DNA from: Octopus bimaculoides
Taxonomy: Eukaryota
NCBI RefSeq assembly: GCF_001194135.2
Contig: NC_068990.1
Span: 57,283,594-57,322,342, forward strand
Length of the DNA: 38,749 nucleotides
Direction: 5' to 3'
The position numbers and the translations under genes were made by a program. Shown here piece by piece: positions 22,924-34,655 of the stretch. How positions within the stretch are numbered: the first letter of the stretch is position 1; every line of letters begins with the position of its first letter. The notes beneath the pieces are model-generated. The model was not told the DNA's origin and did no database searches. It was given only the letters and a program-made list of their open reading frames with translations.

Positions 22924-23092
22924 ATACAGGTGGTGTAGAAGACAAACATGTATTAGTATAACGCTCAGGAAGTGAAAAAGTCTTTAATGTTTCGAGCCTA
23001 TGCTCTTCCACAGAAAGGAACACAGAAAGAAACAAGGGGAGAAACATGGAGAGAAAATAAAGAATGTGTAGTGGCTAGTGATCTATCATGGC
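22924..23092 (-). mobile_element. ~170-bp Penelope/retrozyme-like repeat between (TA)n tracts, with a hammerhead-like motif at 22982-23017
   Basis: Minus strand cttt-CTGTGGA-A-GAGC-atag-GCTC-GAAAC-ATT-AAAG. Confidence 0.6.
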
Positions 23093-23093
23093 A

Positions 23094-23124
<31 letters not shown>

Positions 23125-23537
23125 TTAATTTATCATTAATTTTCTCTCAGTCTTGTCCCTGAACTTGCTTGTTCCTTTTTCTCAGCTACTTCTGTTCTTT
23201 TTTTTTTTTTTACATTTTCCTTATTGCCTTTGTTTTGTCCCTCCACTTACGTCACTAATTTTCTTCCTTCAAAAAAAAAAAATTGAAATTGTTCTAGAAC
23301 CAATATTGTATTATACCCTCTTACTCACTCTCCTCATATTTATAATTTTCTGCCACATGACAGCATCTGAGATTCATACTCCAGTATGCACTTCTACCAC
23401 CTTTCCACATTCTCCTCACTTTCTCTTTTACCTCACACTTATGCCTACTCCTAACTCCTAGGCTTTCCTTACACACAAACACCCACTAAACCATGCCGTT
23501 ATATTTCCATACATAGTAAAGTTACCTTCTCCAGTTA

Positions 23538-23752
23538 TACTGGCTTCCTGGTTTCACAGCATATATATTTCCCACCTGGATGGGATGCTGGTCCATCACA
23601 GGATTACTCATTTTGCCAGCTGAGTGGACTGGAGCAACATGAAATGAAGTGTTTTGCTCAACAACACAATGTATCACCTAGTCCAAGAAACAAAACCACA
23701 ATCTTACAATGAGTCCAACACCCTAACCACTATGCTACATGCCTCCACCACT
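23538..23752 (-). mobile_element. SINE family C, full length
   Basis: Minus strand gtggaggcatgtagcatagtggttagggtgttggactc..ttgagcaaaacacttcatttc..cctgtgatggaccagcatcccatccagg. Confidence 0.85.
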
Positions 23753-23759
23753 TCCATAC

Positions 23760-24125
23760 ATTGCATACCTCCACGTGCATACACACGTACAATAAAACAA
23801 CAAACAGTATTCACCTCTTATTCACATTACTAAACACGGACATGCTCCTATATGGACACCCCTCCCCTTCTTAACTCACCCCTTAATCCCATCACTAAAC
23901 ATGGATATGCTCTTATAAGGACATCCCTCCCCTTCTTATCACCCTCCATAGTAATGTATTCCCACTTGGCTCCTAACCTCTTGTCTGCTTTTGTCTCCCC
24001 CCCCCCCCACTCTTTTACACTCCTCCTTTATTTTTCTTGTACACTTTTCTTCTGATGAAGTTATAATATCCAAAACATTAAGACCCTTTGTTTTATTTGT
24101 TTTGTAGTGCCTTGGGAGGGCCATT
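23760..24125 (+). mobile_element. Penelope-like 3' end: pyrimidine-rich tract and hammerhead-like motif (24048-24083)
   Basis: tctt-CTGATGA-ag-ttataata-tcc-AAAAC-ATT-AAGA. Confidence 0.55.
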
Positions 24126-24317
24126 ATACTGATGATAATAATAATAACACACACACTGATCTACTATCACTTCTTTATTGTTAGTTAATTAGCTAATTAT
24201 CTAACCAACTTACTAATCAATCATTTGTTTATTATGCTGATTAAACAATTAATTGGTTGTTTGTTAGTCAAAATCCTTTCATCACTAATCAAAACCTCTT
24301 TAATGATTTGCCCTCAC

Positions 24318-24372
24318 TCTTCAGTGTCTGCCATGATTCTCTTGTTTCAACATGCAAATTCACATCAAGAAT
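24318..24372 (-). other. Candidate 55-nt exon with a Kozak-context ATG (MADTE.)
   Basis: Acceptor tctttgtatttggtttacaag|, donor GA|gtgagg, ATCATGG at 24337-24331. Confidence 0.3.
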
Positions 24373-24770
24373 CTTGTAAACCAAATACAAAGATTAAGAC
24401 ACTTTCTTTTTCAAGCATTGAGCAAGTACAATATTTGCTAAAACTTATCCCACCTGTAGTGTCTTTTCCGTTTTGTTTTTATGCATTGCATTCACAATTT
24501 GTAGGTATATATATTAGGAGAACCAAAAAGGAATACTCTATTCCATGTATTGAGTTCAAATCAGCAATAAGCATACTCTAGATATATTATTTTATGTTTT
24601 GTTTGTGTACTAAATAATTTCAATACTGCTGTAATATATTAAATTTTTTAGCCTAGTTTCTCATTCATTGTTTGTATGTGTATGTATGATCCTTATTTAT
24701 ACCTTGTCTTATAAATGTATGTATATGCGTATGTGTTTGTGTGTGTATATATGTGTGTGTGGGTGTGTTA

Positions 24771-24983
24771 TTTTACATTTGTTTCAGCCATTAGACTGTA
24801 GCCATACTGGAGCATTATTTTCAAGGATTTTACTTAAACAAATTGATTGCAATACTTAATTATTTTCGTAAAGCCTGGTACTTATTCTATCAGTCTTTTT
24901 TTTTTACCAAACTGGTAAGGTATGGAGACACAAACACATCAACACTTGTCAAGTGGTGATGGGGAACAAACATAGACACAAAG

Positions 24984-25015
<32 letters not shown>

Positions 25016-25166
25016 TACATTGGGTTTTCATCTACCACGTCCACTCACAAAGTTTTGGATGTACCGAGGCTATAGTAGAAGACATTTGCCCAATGCACCA
25101 CACAGTGAGACTGAACCTAGAATCATGTGCTTAGGAAGGAAACTTCTTACCACTCAGTCATGTCTG
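24771..25166 (-). mobile_element. SINE family A, full length
   Basis: Tail, internal (CA)n, CORE-like segment, head. Confidence 0.9.
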
Positions 25167-25297
25167 CATCTATATATATATATATATATGTATGTATTTA
25201 TATTACATCCCTACATATTTTGTAACCTTTTTATATGACACGTTTTGTATTGTACATTGAGCGTTCTTCTGGCCAATAAAGAAAGGTTTATTCTCCT

Positions 25298-25425
25298 CAC
25301 CACTACTGCCATCACCATCACCATCATCCTAATCATCACCGCCATCACTACCACCGTCGCTATAATCATCATCACATCATCATCATCATCATCATCACTA
25401 CTTGTCATTATTATTATTATTATGA
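25298..25425. repeat. (CAT/CAC)n trinucleotide low-complexity tract
   Basis: Direct inspection. Confidence 0.9.
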
Positions 25426-25984
25426 CTATTTTAATCAAATTTCCTACATTATATCTGTCTGAAATATATATGTCGTATTTTTATGATATAAAGATTTTTG
25501 AAGTGAAGATAATAAATAATCTAATATTAGAGTGCATGGCTGTATCTAAGAAATAAACTATAAGGAATAATTTTCTTTATGTGCCAAATTTCTTTGACAG
25601 GAATCTGACTGAAATTTCACAGCAATATCTTTCAATTCAAGCAGTTTTCTAGCATGGCATTGGCTTAGCATTAATTACAGCAAGATAGCCCCACCTCTAT
25701 CAAATAACTAATAAAACTACCTGAAACCACATTAGCTTATACATTTTCAAAGATATGTTGCAACATAAATTCTTCTTGTCTAGAATTTCATATACATATA
25801 TTGAGACATACTCAAACAGATATGCAATAAATGCAAGTTCATATACACGCACATACAAATATAATGCACATTTAATTATACACACATACATACACAAAGC
25901 AGATACACACACACACACAACCACACACACATATGTATAATTTTCTCCTTCTCCCTCTTTCCCCCCTCTGTGTATAATAGGTGA

Positions 25985-26280
25985 GGTGAGTGTATGTGTG
26001 TGCCTGTATTTGTGTATATGTATATACACATACATATACATATTAGTATCTTTATCCATATCTACCTCTCTCTTTCTATGTTTCTATCTATCTATCTATC
26101 TATAGATAGATAGATAGATTGATATAGTGAGAAAGAGAGTGAAAGAGAGTGTGAAAAAGAAAGAGAGTGAGAGTGAAAGAGCATAAACATACAAAGATTT
26201 ATACATATATATCATCATCACCATCATCATCATTACAATCATCATGATCATCATCATCTTCCTCATCATCACCATTTTTA
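25985..26280. repeat. Mixed microsatellite block: (TG/TA), (TATC)n, (GA), (CAT)n
   Basis: Direct inspection. Confidence 0.9.
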
Positions 26281-26333
26281 CATCTGCTTTGCAACAATGG
26301 CATGGCTTACATGCAGCACTTTGTATATACATA

Positions 26334-26540
26334 TTGATTTAAAATTTTGGCACAAGGTCAGCAAGTTTGGGGTTGGTGTAAACTGACCCCCAGAGTTCAA
26401 CTGGTACTTATTTTATCGATCCTGAAAGGATGAAAGGCAAAGTCAATCTTGGCAGAATCTGAACACAGAATGTAAAGATGGGTGAAATACTGCTAAGCAT
26501 TTTGCCCATGGGTGCTAATTGTTCTAGCTTCCCACCTTAC
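26334..26540 (-). mobile_element. SINE family B
   Basis: aaattttggcacaagg..caactggtacttattttatcgatcctgaaaggatgaaaggc. Confidence 0.9.
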
Positions 26541-26689
26541 TTTAATTATAGTAGTAGAATACTGCAAATTAGATAGGTGATGGGTGGTGGGGGTGTCTTG
26601 AGGAAGAAATTAGTTGGAGGAAAGGCAGATGTGCATTTATAGATACGTATTGTGCTTCCAGAATTTCACTTCCATCAAAATGGATAATT

Positions 26690-28480
26690 CTTCTTGAGAA
26701 CACCATATCATCAGTTATTCTGATATCTTGTCATTTTCTCCATGAAATCCGAAGTCCTTTGACCAGCTTTCCCACTTCATCCCATGTCTTCCTGGTTTTA
26801 CCTCTCTCTCAAGCTTCACCTATATTAAGAGATGTACACTTCTTTACAGAGTTGGCCTCATCCATATCATACCAGTGCAGTATTCTCTGTTGCACATTTT
26901 CTCTGATTCCTCTTATGTCCAATATTTCACTCAATATATTTGCACTTTCATATCCATGTATCCTTACATTGCACAACCAGCAGAGCATGTGAGCTTCATT
27001 TCTTTCCAGTCTTCTCAAATCCTCTGCATTAAAATCCCATGTCTCATTACTATGCAACATCATAGTTCTGATATAAGCATTATATAACTACCCTTCACTC
27101 TGAGGGAAAGGCATTTGTTGCTAGCACTGATAGAAGCTTCCTCAACTTTTTAGAACTTGTTGTTAGTCTGTTACTATATTTTCAAAGCAACCACAATTTC
27201 TGTTAATTACATCTTTTTGAAAACAAAAACTATCAACTATTATACTTTCAGTGAGACAGTTTATTTTTGGTATGCTCATGGTAGATACTGCTCCAATGTG
27301 TCAATCACATATGAAGCTTAGTTTCTTTGTCCTCTCTGTGATTCCTCTACAGCTCTTGTGTGTGCTCATAGCTTACCTTGAGTACACCATATGAACTTTA
27401 TACCTACTCCTTTTCTACATACCAAGCAAGACCATTTCCCTGAAAATACCTGGGATCTATCTAGTGTCCTATTCACTATAGCCTTAATTATACCCTGAGG
27501 CCTCTTGATTCTGGAGCTAGCATCAATGAATAGAATTTCCTCTTTAATTCTACAATGGATTTAGCTATGAGATATAACACCTAGATCATAAGTATATATG
27601 AAGTCCTAAAGGCAGCCAGTCTTAAACTCCTCTATGGCAGTCTATTAGACAATGACAGGAAAGAAGAGAACAGGATTAAACTTTGATGGACTCCTGTTTT
27701 AAAAACTAGATTAATCTATTACTGGAATAGGTGTTGATGCTTACTTAATTTGCTGCATTTCTGTGCATTGTTTGTATTGCCTTTTTAAGCCATTCATCAA
27801 CACCTAGTTTTCTTAGTATCCACCAAATTACTGAATGCTGAAGTCTGCCAAATATTTTCTCCACCTCAACAAATACCTTGAATAGTGGCTTACACTTAGC
27901 CAAGTATTTATGCAATTACCCCACAAGGATGATTGCATCCATGATACCTCCTCTAGGGGTGAAGCTATGCTACACCTCATGTAAGTCTATTCTACCTAGG
28001 ATCAATTATGTTCTGACTTTCTCTGTCACTTTAATCCAGCAGTTTGATTCTATATAGTTTCCTCTCACTAAGGCATCTACTTTGTCTTTGTAGCTGTTTA
28101 CAATGATACAGCTGTACCAATCTTGAGTATGGCACCTTCCTGAATAACTTGGTTATATATACAGGTGGTAATCATGTGTCATACCTCATTGAATATTTTG
28201 AGCATCTCTGCAACTACCCCTGATGGACTGATAGCTCTCCTCCTTTTCATGTCCTTAATCACTTTATCTACCAAACTGCAGTCAACTAGAATTGCTGATT
28301 CCTTTATGGGATCAACATGAAGTGAATCTTGTATATCCCAGGAATTCTAAATTTCAGCAGCCTCTGATCATAGCACTTCACTGTCACTTTCTTGCCTTCT
28401 GTGTTGATGGCAAGTATGCCAGCTGTGATGCTAGCTGAGACTTCATCAATACAAGGTGGATGGACAGGACGAGATTGAAA
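26690..28480 (-). mobile_element. Decayed RTE-clade LINE, RT domain to C-terminus
   Basis: Across frameshifts: KDKVDALVRGNYIESNC..FVEVEK..LRKLGVDEWL..GVHQS..WSCLVCRKGVG..LSLRVKG..MLHSNETW..LRRLERNE..RGKTRKTWDEV. Confidence 0.85.
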
Positions 28481-28592
28481 GACTTGAAATCCCTTAAAAC
28501 CCCAGAAACATTACTGATGATGTATCACAGAATATTTGTAAGATGTATCTTGATGCTACAACCTTCTTCATAGACCAGCACATAACTACACA

Positions 28593-28632
<40 letters not shown>

Positions 28633-28921
28633 CTAATACATACACAATTATGTATGTGTGTGTGTGTATATGCATGGATAAATTCCAATACTAGAATTAT
28701 ACTAGTTTCTTATAATCTTCAAAAGATTATAAGTGCAGACCAATACAGTGTGTGGCACAATTAACTACAAATGAAAAGATAGTGCACCAGTATGGCCACA
28801 GCTCGTGCGTGATTGTCTTTGTGATTGACACAAAAACAATCACACATTTGCACACATATACATACACACACTCACATATATTCTGTTAATAGTTTTAGCC
28901 AATGAGCTGTGGCCATACTGG

Positions 28922-29128
28922 TATGGATTCGTACAAAGTTTGAATTGGTTCTGAAGGAAATTTTGTCCATTCTTCAGCTAAAAGAGTCTCCTGTTCTTGT
29001 AGTGATGATGGTGGAGGATATTGACTCCTTACTTGTTTTTCTAAAATCCACCATAAATGTTCAATAATATTGAGATCTGGGGTCTGTGGTGGCCAGATAA
29101 GATGTTCAACTTCACTAGAATGTTACTC
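28922..29128 (-). mobile_element. Tc1-type (DDE) transposase C-terminal fragment
   Basis: EHLIWPPQTPDLNIIEHLWWILEKQVRSQYPPPSSLQE..AEEWTK. Confidence 0.85.
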
Positions 29129-29283
29129 GTGCTGGAGTGTTTACGTCCCCATAACGTAGTAGTTAGGCAATAGATGATAGAATAAGTACTAGGTTTACAA
29201 AGAATAAGTCCTGGGGTCGATTTGCTCGACTAAAGGTGGTGCTCCAGCAAGGCCACAGTCAAATGACTGAAACAAGTAAAAGA
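29128..29283 (+). mobile_element. SINE family A, 3' half
   Basis: gctggagtgtttacgtcccc..gtcaaatgactgaaacaagtaaaaga. Confidence 0.9.
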
Positions 29284-29346
29284 ACATACTTATACATGCA
29301 TGCATGTATAGCTATATACATAAAGGTATGTGTGTGTGTTTATATA

Positions 29347-30231
29347 CAGGGTGCAGTGAATAAACTTTCACCTAAATTACACAAAAATGAAAATAATACC
29401 AACATCTCATTTTAACAGATATATTTATCAAAATTACATAAAAATATTTGAGATACTAAGGAGTAAATTTGTTCAATAAAATTGCCATTGGCTTCGACCA
29501 TGACCTCCAGACAAACTCAAAATCTCCTGCAACTCTTCTGGACAGCCATCTTGTTTAAGTTGGTGAATGCTGCCATAATCCTTGCCTTCAGTTCATCTTT
29601 GGTGTTACAAGTTTTGTTGGTCTCTCACTCAACTGCACCCCACACATAATAATCAAGGGGGTTGCAGTCTGAGGAGTTAGGTGGCCAGATGATAGGGATA
29701 ATGTGGTAGCAGAAATTGTGTGACAGCCATGACTGGGTTCTCCTGCATGTGTAGCATGGTGCAGAATCTTGTTGCCAGGCATAGAGTCTTCCAGTAGCCA
29801 TCCTCTTGACCCAAGGCAACACTAATTCCACCAGGCCCTTGATGTAGGCCTCCATGTTGAGTGTGAGGCCATGTGGGAAGATGAATGGAGGCATAATGCT
29901 GCCATCACCAGTAATCACTCTAAACACCATGATGTTGAATGGATGTTTGATTTTTATCACTCTTGGTACATGTTCTCAGATTGCACTGTTCTCAGATTGA
30001 CACCCAAACCCTCTGAAATGATTGTACTGGAGCTTCCAGTGTGAATGTCAAGCAGTACAGGATGTGGTTTCCAAATTCCTGGCAGAGTGAATTGCATTAT
30101 GGTGCTGTTTTTCTCACAGACAGTTCCTAGCTGACCCTTCTATACTGTGTTGTTGATAAAATCAAAAACAAACAAAGGGCATGCACGAAATAAAGAATAT
30201 AAAATGGCAACTATTTACCCATCATACCCTG
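29347..30231 (-). mobile_element. maT (DD37D) Tc1/mariner element, internally deleted, with TA TSDs
   Basis: Ends TA|cagggtg..ataaa and tttacc..ataccctg|TA. ORF 29625-29960 reads WQQD-(37 aa)-D (QQDSAP...WPPNSSDCNPLDYYVW). Confidence 0.85.
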
Positions 30232-30262
30232 TATATATATGTGAAACCATGTGTTTAGACTA

Positions 30263-30654
30263 ACGTTGCATTTCAAGATGGTCATTTTGTTTTTGCCAAA
30301 TAAACACACGCACTATATATTTGTTCTTCACTCAATCATTACTGTTCATATATTAACTTATGTCCATTGTCTGGAAATCTTTCATCACACATCTGTATCT
30401 TCAGTGATACTTTCTGTCCTCATGTGGGCTCCTGCTCTGCTTAGTCCATTTCTAAGCAGGACCACACATGAAGAATGGAAAGTGTCATTGAAGAGGTCAC
30501 AGATGTGTGACGAAAGATTTCCAGACAATGGACATGAGTTAAAATAAGAACAATAATAAATGAATGAAGAATGAATATATAACGCGTATGTTTATTTGTC
30601 AAAAAAAAAATAAATAAATAAATAAAATAAAATAACCATCCCGAAATACAACAA
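30263..30654. mobile_element. Foldback (fully palindromic) MITE
   Basis: Arms of ~180-200 bp pair to a 7-nt loop (ctgcttag-tccattt-ctaagcag). The ORFs 30251+ and 30441- are near-identical translations. Flanked by TA. Confidence 0.85.
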
Positions 30655-30789
30655 TACACACACACATTTATATATATGTATGCATGTATGTATCAAGAAT
30701 AATAAGTAACCTATATGAAACCATAGTTTTATGTAAAAATATGGACTGGCTGAGTGGTAATGATATATGTTGGTATATCAGTAAACATA

Positions 30790-31065
30790 AATTAACATGG
30801 TAGCAACTAATGGCTTAGAATATATATGAGGCATAAATTTATGGTCTCTGTTTGATGTATTTGGATATCTTGTATGAAAACAAAAGTTTGATGTGCATGT
30901 ATTATACATCTGTACTCTAGGTACAACAGTTGGGAACTAATGTGGCCTATAGCGCAAAGCATCTGCAGGAAGGGTGACATCATCTCCCATCCAAAGGATT
31001 TTGCCAACATGACATTCGCTTTGATGGCAAAAAGAATAAAGTCAGATACTTTTGAACACACATTG
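30790..31065 (-). mobile_element. Non-autonomous mariner-like terminal fragment
   Basis: Minus strand TA|caatgtgtgttcaaaagtatctgacttt (mariner-type TIR). Related sequence at 34560-34655. Confidence 0.6.
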
Positions 31066-31788
31066 TATGTACATACATGCATGCATGCATGCATATATAC
31101 AACCATACATACAGATAATGATAGAAAACTCAACAAAAATGTACTCCATCTGGTGAGAGATGAATATTATTTATTTAAAGAGCACAATACATGTATTAAA
31201 GCACTACTAATAGTTTCATATTTTGAGAAATACCAAAACATATTCTTCAGGCACACACCACATATCATAACGAACATATGTATATGTATATATATATATA
31301 TATTTATATGCTTATATTATACTCAACACATATATACATATGTATAAAATATTCTACATTATATTTCAAATATCAGTATATCACATACTGTGAGGAATGA
31401 ACTTTAAGTGAATATTATTTTCTAAAGCATATTGCATGCTTTTAAAAGATAGTCTTAAATACAAAGGCTATAAATCAAATAGAAACTTTAAAATTGACAG
31501 AGTTTTTGTATAATGTATTCGAAGTAGACTACATTTTGTGGAAAATTTTGGCAATATTTGAGGAACTATTAAATACATTTGTATATCAATATATATTTCT
31601 AATAAATGCATATATTTTCATCTGTTTTCATTTGTATGCTTTTATCTGCTTTTATATGTTTGTGTATAAACATAAATCTATAGATTTCAAGTGTGTATGT
31701 GCATGCATATATATATATATATGTGTGTGTGGGTGTGTGTATACGTATATGTGTGTATGTATATATATGTATACATACATACATATAT

Positions 31789-31821
<33 letters not shown>

Positions 31822-32091
31822 CAAATGACGTGTATATATATGAATGTATGTCTATACAAACACAGAAAATGTATGGATTGATTTTTGTAAACTTGCAAAC
31901 AAACATATACACGCAGATAATATGGGCAGAGTATGGATAACCTTTCACTGGCATGTACATTAATATATGTCCTCAAATAAGTATATATAAATTTGAGAGC
32001 GTATGCATATATATGTGTACTCATAAAAATAAATCAAAATTAGTGTTATTTGTTTTCATATGTACGTATATATACATACAAATATATGTAC

Positions 32092-32148
<57 letters not shown>

Positions 32149-32184
32149 TATAGATACACACATATATACACACACACATATATA

Positions 32185-33582
32185 CTAACTGATGTACTCA
32201 GGTAATTCCTGGAAAAGTGGGTCTTATCACTTGGTTCCATTCTCATAATTGTTTTGTTAATCCAATAACAACAATACAAAGTATGTAGAACTTAAAACGG
32301 TTTTTGTGCTTTTACAGAAAATACCGAACTGTCTTACACAGGATCTTGGTTTTAGGAATTCCCAATAAATTATGAATACCCAAATTGTGAAGTCAGTTAT
32401 GGAATAGCCAAATGTGGAATTGCCTTGACCTCCATAGCTTGTACTTGGGTGTCCAGGTCAAGTAATGCCTCATTGTAAAATGCATTATTGAACGTGGCAA
32501 TTTCCGATGAGGTTTTCCTTTGAATCCTTTCTAGGTGTCCTCTGTCATGCTGGTTTTGTGGATCACCCAAATCTTGTGAGGTTCATGAAAACCACATGTC
32601 ATCAACATGATAGAAAATAGCCAGCACAGTTGACTTAGTGTCTGGTCAGTGAGCAATGTCCTCCAGTAGTCCATGTTTGGTGCAGGTTTCTCTATAGGTC
32701 ATGCAGACTTCCCATTGTGTCTTCAAAAGTTTGTGAATGATGTAGGACCTCTGACAGTGTGTAGCAGTAGATGCAGAAAGAAGCACTCCTGCTGATTAGG
32801 GTGCACAGTGTACACCTGTCTGATGGCCCCACTTCAGAAGACAGCACCTTCTTCCCAGCCTTCAATGCATGTTCCTTGCTTGTGTCTGTTCCATCTATTG
32901 TTTGCCCAGGTATAGTACATGGGGACTTCTACATACAACAGTGTTCAGGCAAACACATTACATCGGCATAATTTGAAGAAAGCTGTCAAAGTAGTTACTC
33001 ATGGATTCAGAACTACATTTTAAGCATTGTCTTCTGGGAAATATACATGCTGACTATTTTCAAGATGTACAGATAGATTTTAAGAAGGTGTTCCTACATG
33101 TAAAGAGGGTGTGACATTTGTGTTGACAGTGCATTTGTCTAAAAGCAGAACAGCTTTTCATGCAGTGCTTGTCAATTGGCTGAAGTGACATGAAAGGCAT
33201 CGTCATTCATGGTATATTCGTGAATAAGTCACCAACCGAAATAAGTAGATCTAATGTTTAGGAAAATACTATTTACTTGTTTAAGGGTTGTACTGGATAA
33301 ATTTTGAAAATAACTCTAACAGTTCAAATGCTAAGAAATTATCATACTCAATTTGATTTATACCAAATAATATAGGAAAATGAATGGGTTATTTCCCTTG
33401 GCTGTTAAGATAAAATATATTAGTTATGTATAAGGATCCCTTCTGGGGGCCCTATTATCGATTTTTCAACAATCTATGTATGCCATGAGGTTTCCAGACA
33501 TGTGTTTTACTCACGTATCAAGTGTCATCAAAATCGATAACAACTCCGCAAACAAACACAGGCAGATTTTCCCATATATGTA

Positions 33583-33589
<7 letters not shown>
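32185..33589 (-). mobile_element. Helitron deletion derivative with a RepHel remnant and candidate termini
   Basis: LSVHLENSQHVYF..TTLTAFFKLC..YYTW..VYTVHPNQQECFFLHLLLHTVRGPTSF (~33250-32350). 5' tatactacatatatggg. 3' CAGG-aatta-CCTG hairpin then TTAG|T. Confidence 0.8.
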
Positions 33590-33657
<68 letters not shown>

Positions 33658-33660
33658 CAT
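33585..33660. repeat. (TA)n microsatellite
   Basis: Direct inspection. Confidence 0.98.
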
Positions 33661-33825
33661 ATAAGTGAAATGGGTAGAGTGAACTTGCTGTGAGGAGTAG
33701 GTATTCCAACGTTTTGGGAGTAAACCTTCATTGATGGGTAGAGAAAAAGAGAAGTTGAAGAAAGACAGAGTTCTACATCTCACCTTGAAAATCTGGCTGC
33801 AACTGATGGCTGAGATGTAAACCTC
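33661..33825 (-). mobile_element. Penelope-like 3' fragment with a weak hammerhead-like motif (~33700-33740)
   Basis: Minus strand TCAATGA-AGG-tttact-CCC-AAAAC-GTT after a pyrimidine tract. Confidence 0.4.
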
Positions 33826-34118
33826 NNNNNNNNNNNNNNNNNNNNNNNNNNNNNNNNNNNNNNNNNNNNNNNNNNNNNNNNNNNNNNNNNNNNNNNNNNN
33901 NNNNNNNNNNNNNNNNNNNNNNNNNNNNNNNNNNNNNNNNNNNNNNNNNNNNNNNNNNNNNNNNNNNNNNNNNNNNNNNNNNNNNNNNNNNNNNNNNNNN
34001 NNNNNNNNNNNNNNNNNNNNNNNNNNNNNNNNNNNNNNNNNNNNNNNNNNNNNNNNNNNNNNNNNNNNNNNNNNNNNNNNNNNNNNNNNNNNNNNNNNNN
34101 NNNNNNNNNNNNNNNNNN
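33826..34118. other. Assembly gap
   Basis: N run. Confidence 0.99.
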
Positions 34119-34248
34119 ATATATACATGCATACATATATACATATGTGCAGATATATATATATATATGTATACATATCCACACACACATTTATGTATAA
34201 ATATGTATATATTTATTAATATATATCCATATATGGTAGTGTTTATAT

Positions 34249-34550
34249 ATGGAGTGGCTGTGTAGTAGGAAGCTTGCTTCCCAGCCACATGGTTCTGGGT
34301 TCAGTCCCACTGCGTAGCACCTTGGGCAAGTGTATTCTACAATAGCCTTGGGTTGACCAAAGATTTGTGAAACTGTTATAGTATTTTTGTGTCTGTGTTT
34401 GTCACTCCACTGTTGCTTGACAATCGATGTTGGTGTGTTTACATCTCCAAAACTTGGCGGTTCAGCAAATGAAACTGATAGAATAAGTACCAGGCTTACA
34501 AAGAAAAAGTCCTGGGGTCAATTTGTGCAACTAGAGGCAGTGTTCCATTA
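34249..34550 (+). mobile_element. SINE family A with a central deletion
   Basis: ggagtggctgtgtagtagg..gggttcagtcccactgcg..ttgggcaagtg..aataagtaccagg. Confidence 0.9.
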
Positions 34551-34559
34551 GGACTGCCA

Positions 34560-34655
34560 TCTAGGTACAATAACCTAAAACTGATGCAGCCTACAGGTGC
34601 AAAAATTTTCACTCATGTGCAGGGAAGGTGGCACCACCTTCCACCCAAAGGAATT
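34560..34655 (-). mobile_element. Fragment of the mariner-like family seen at 30790-31065
   Basis: ttcctttgggtggaaggtggtgccaccttccctgcacatg aligns with atcctttggatgggagatgatgtcacccttcctgcagatg. Confidence 0.5.

Noticed and set aside
23690-23752. tRNA-like A/B-box sequences in SINE heads
   Set aside because: They continue into SINE bodies and no complete cloverleaf is evident, so they are not tRNA genes.
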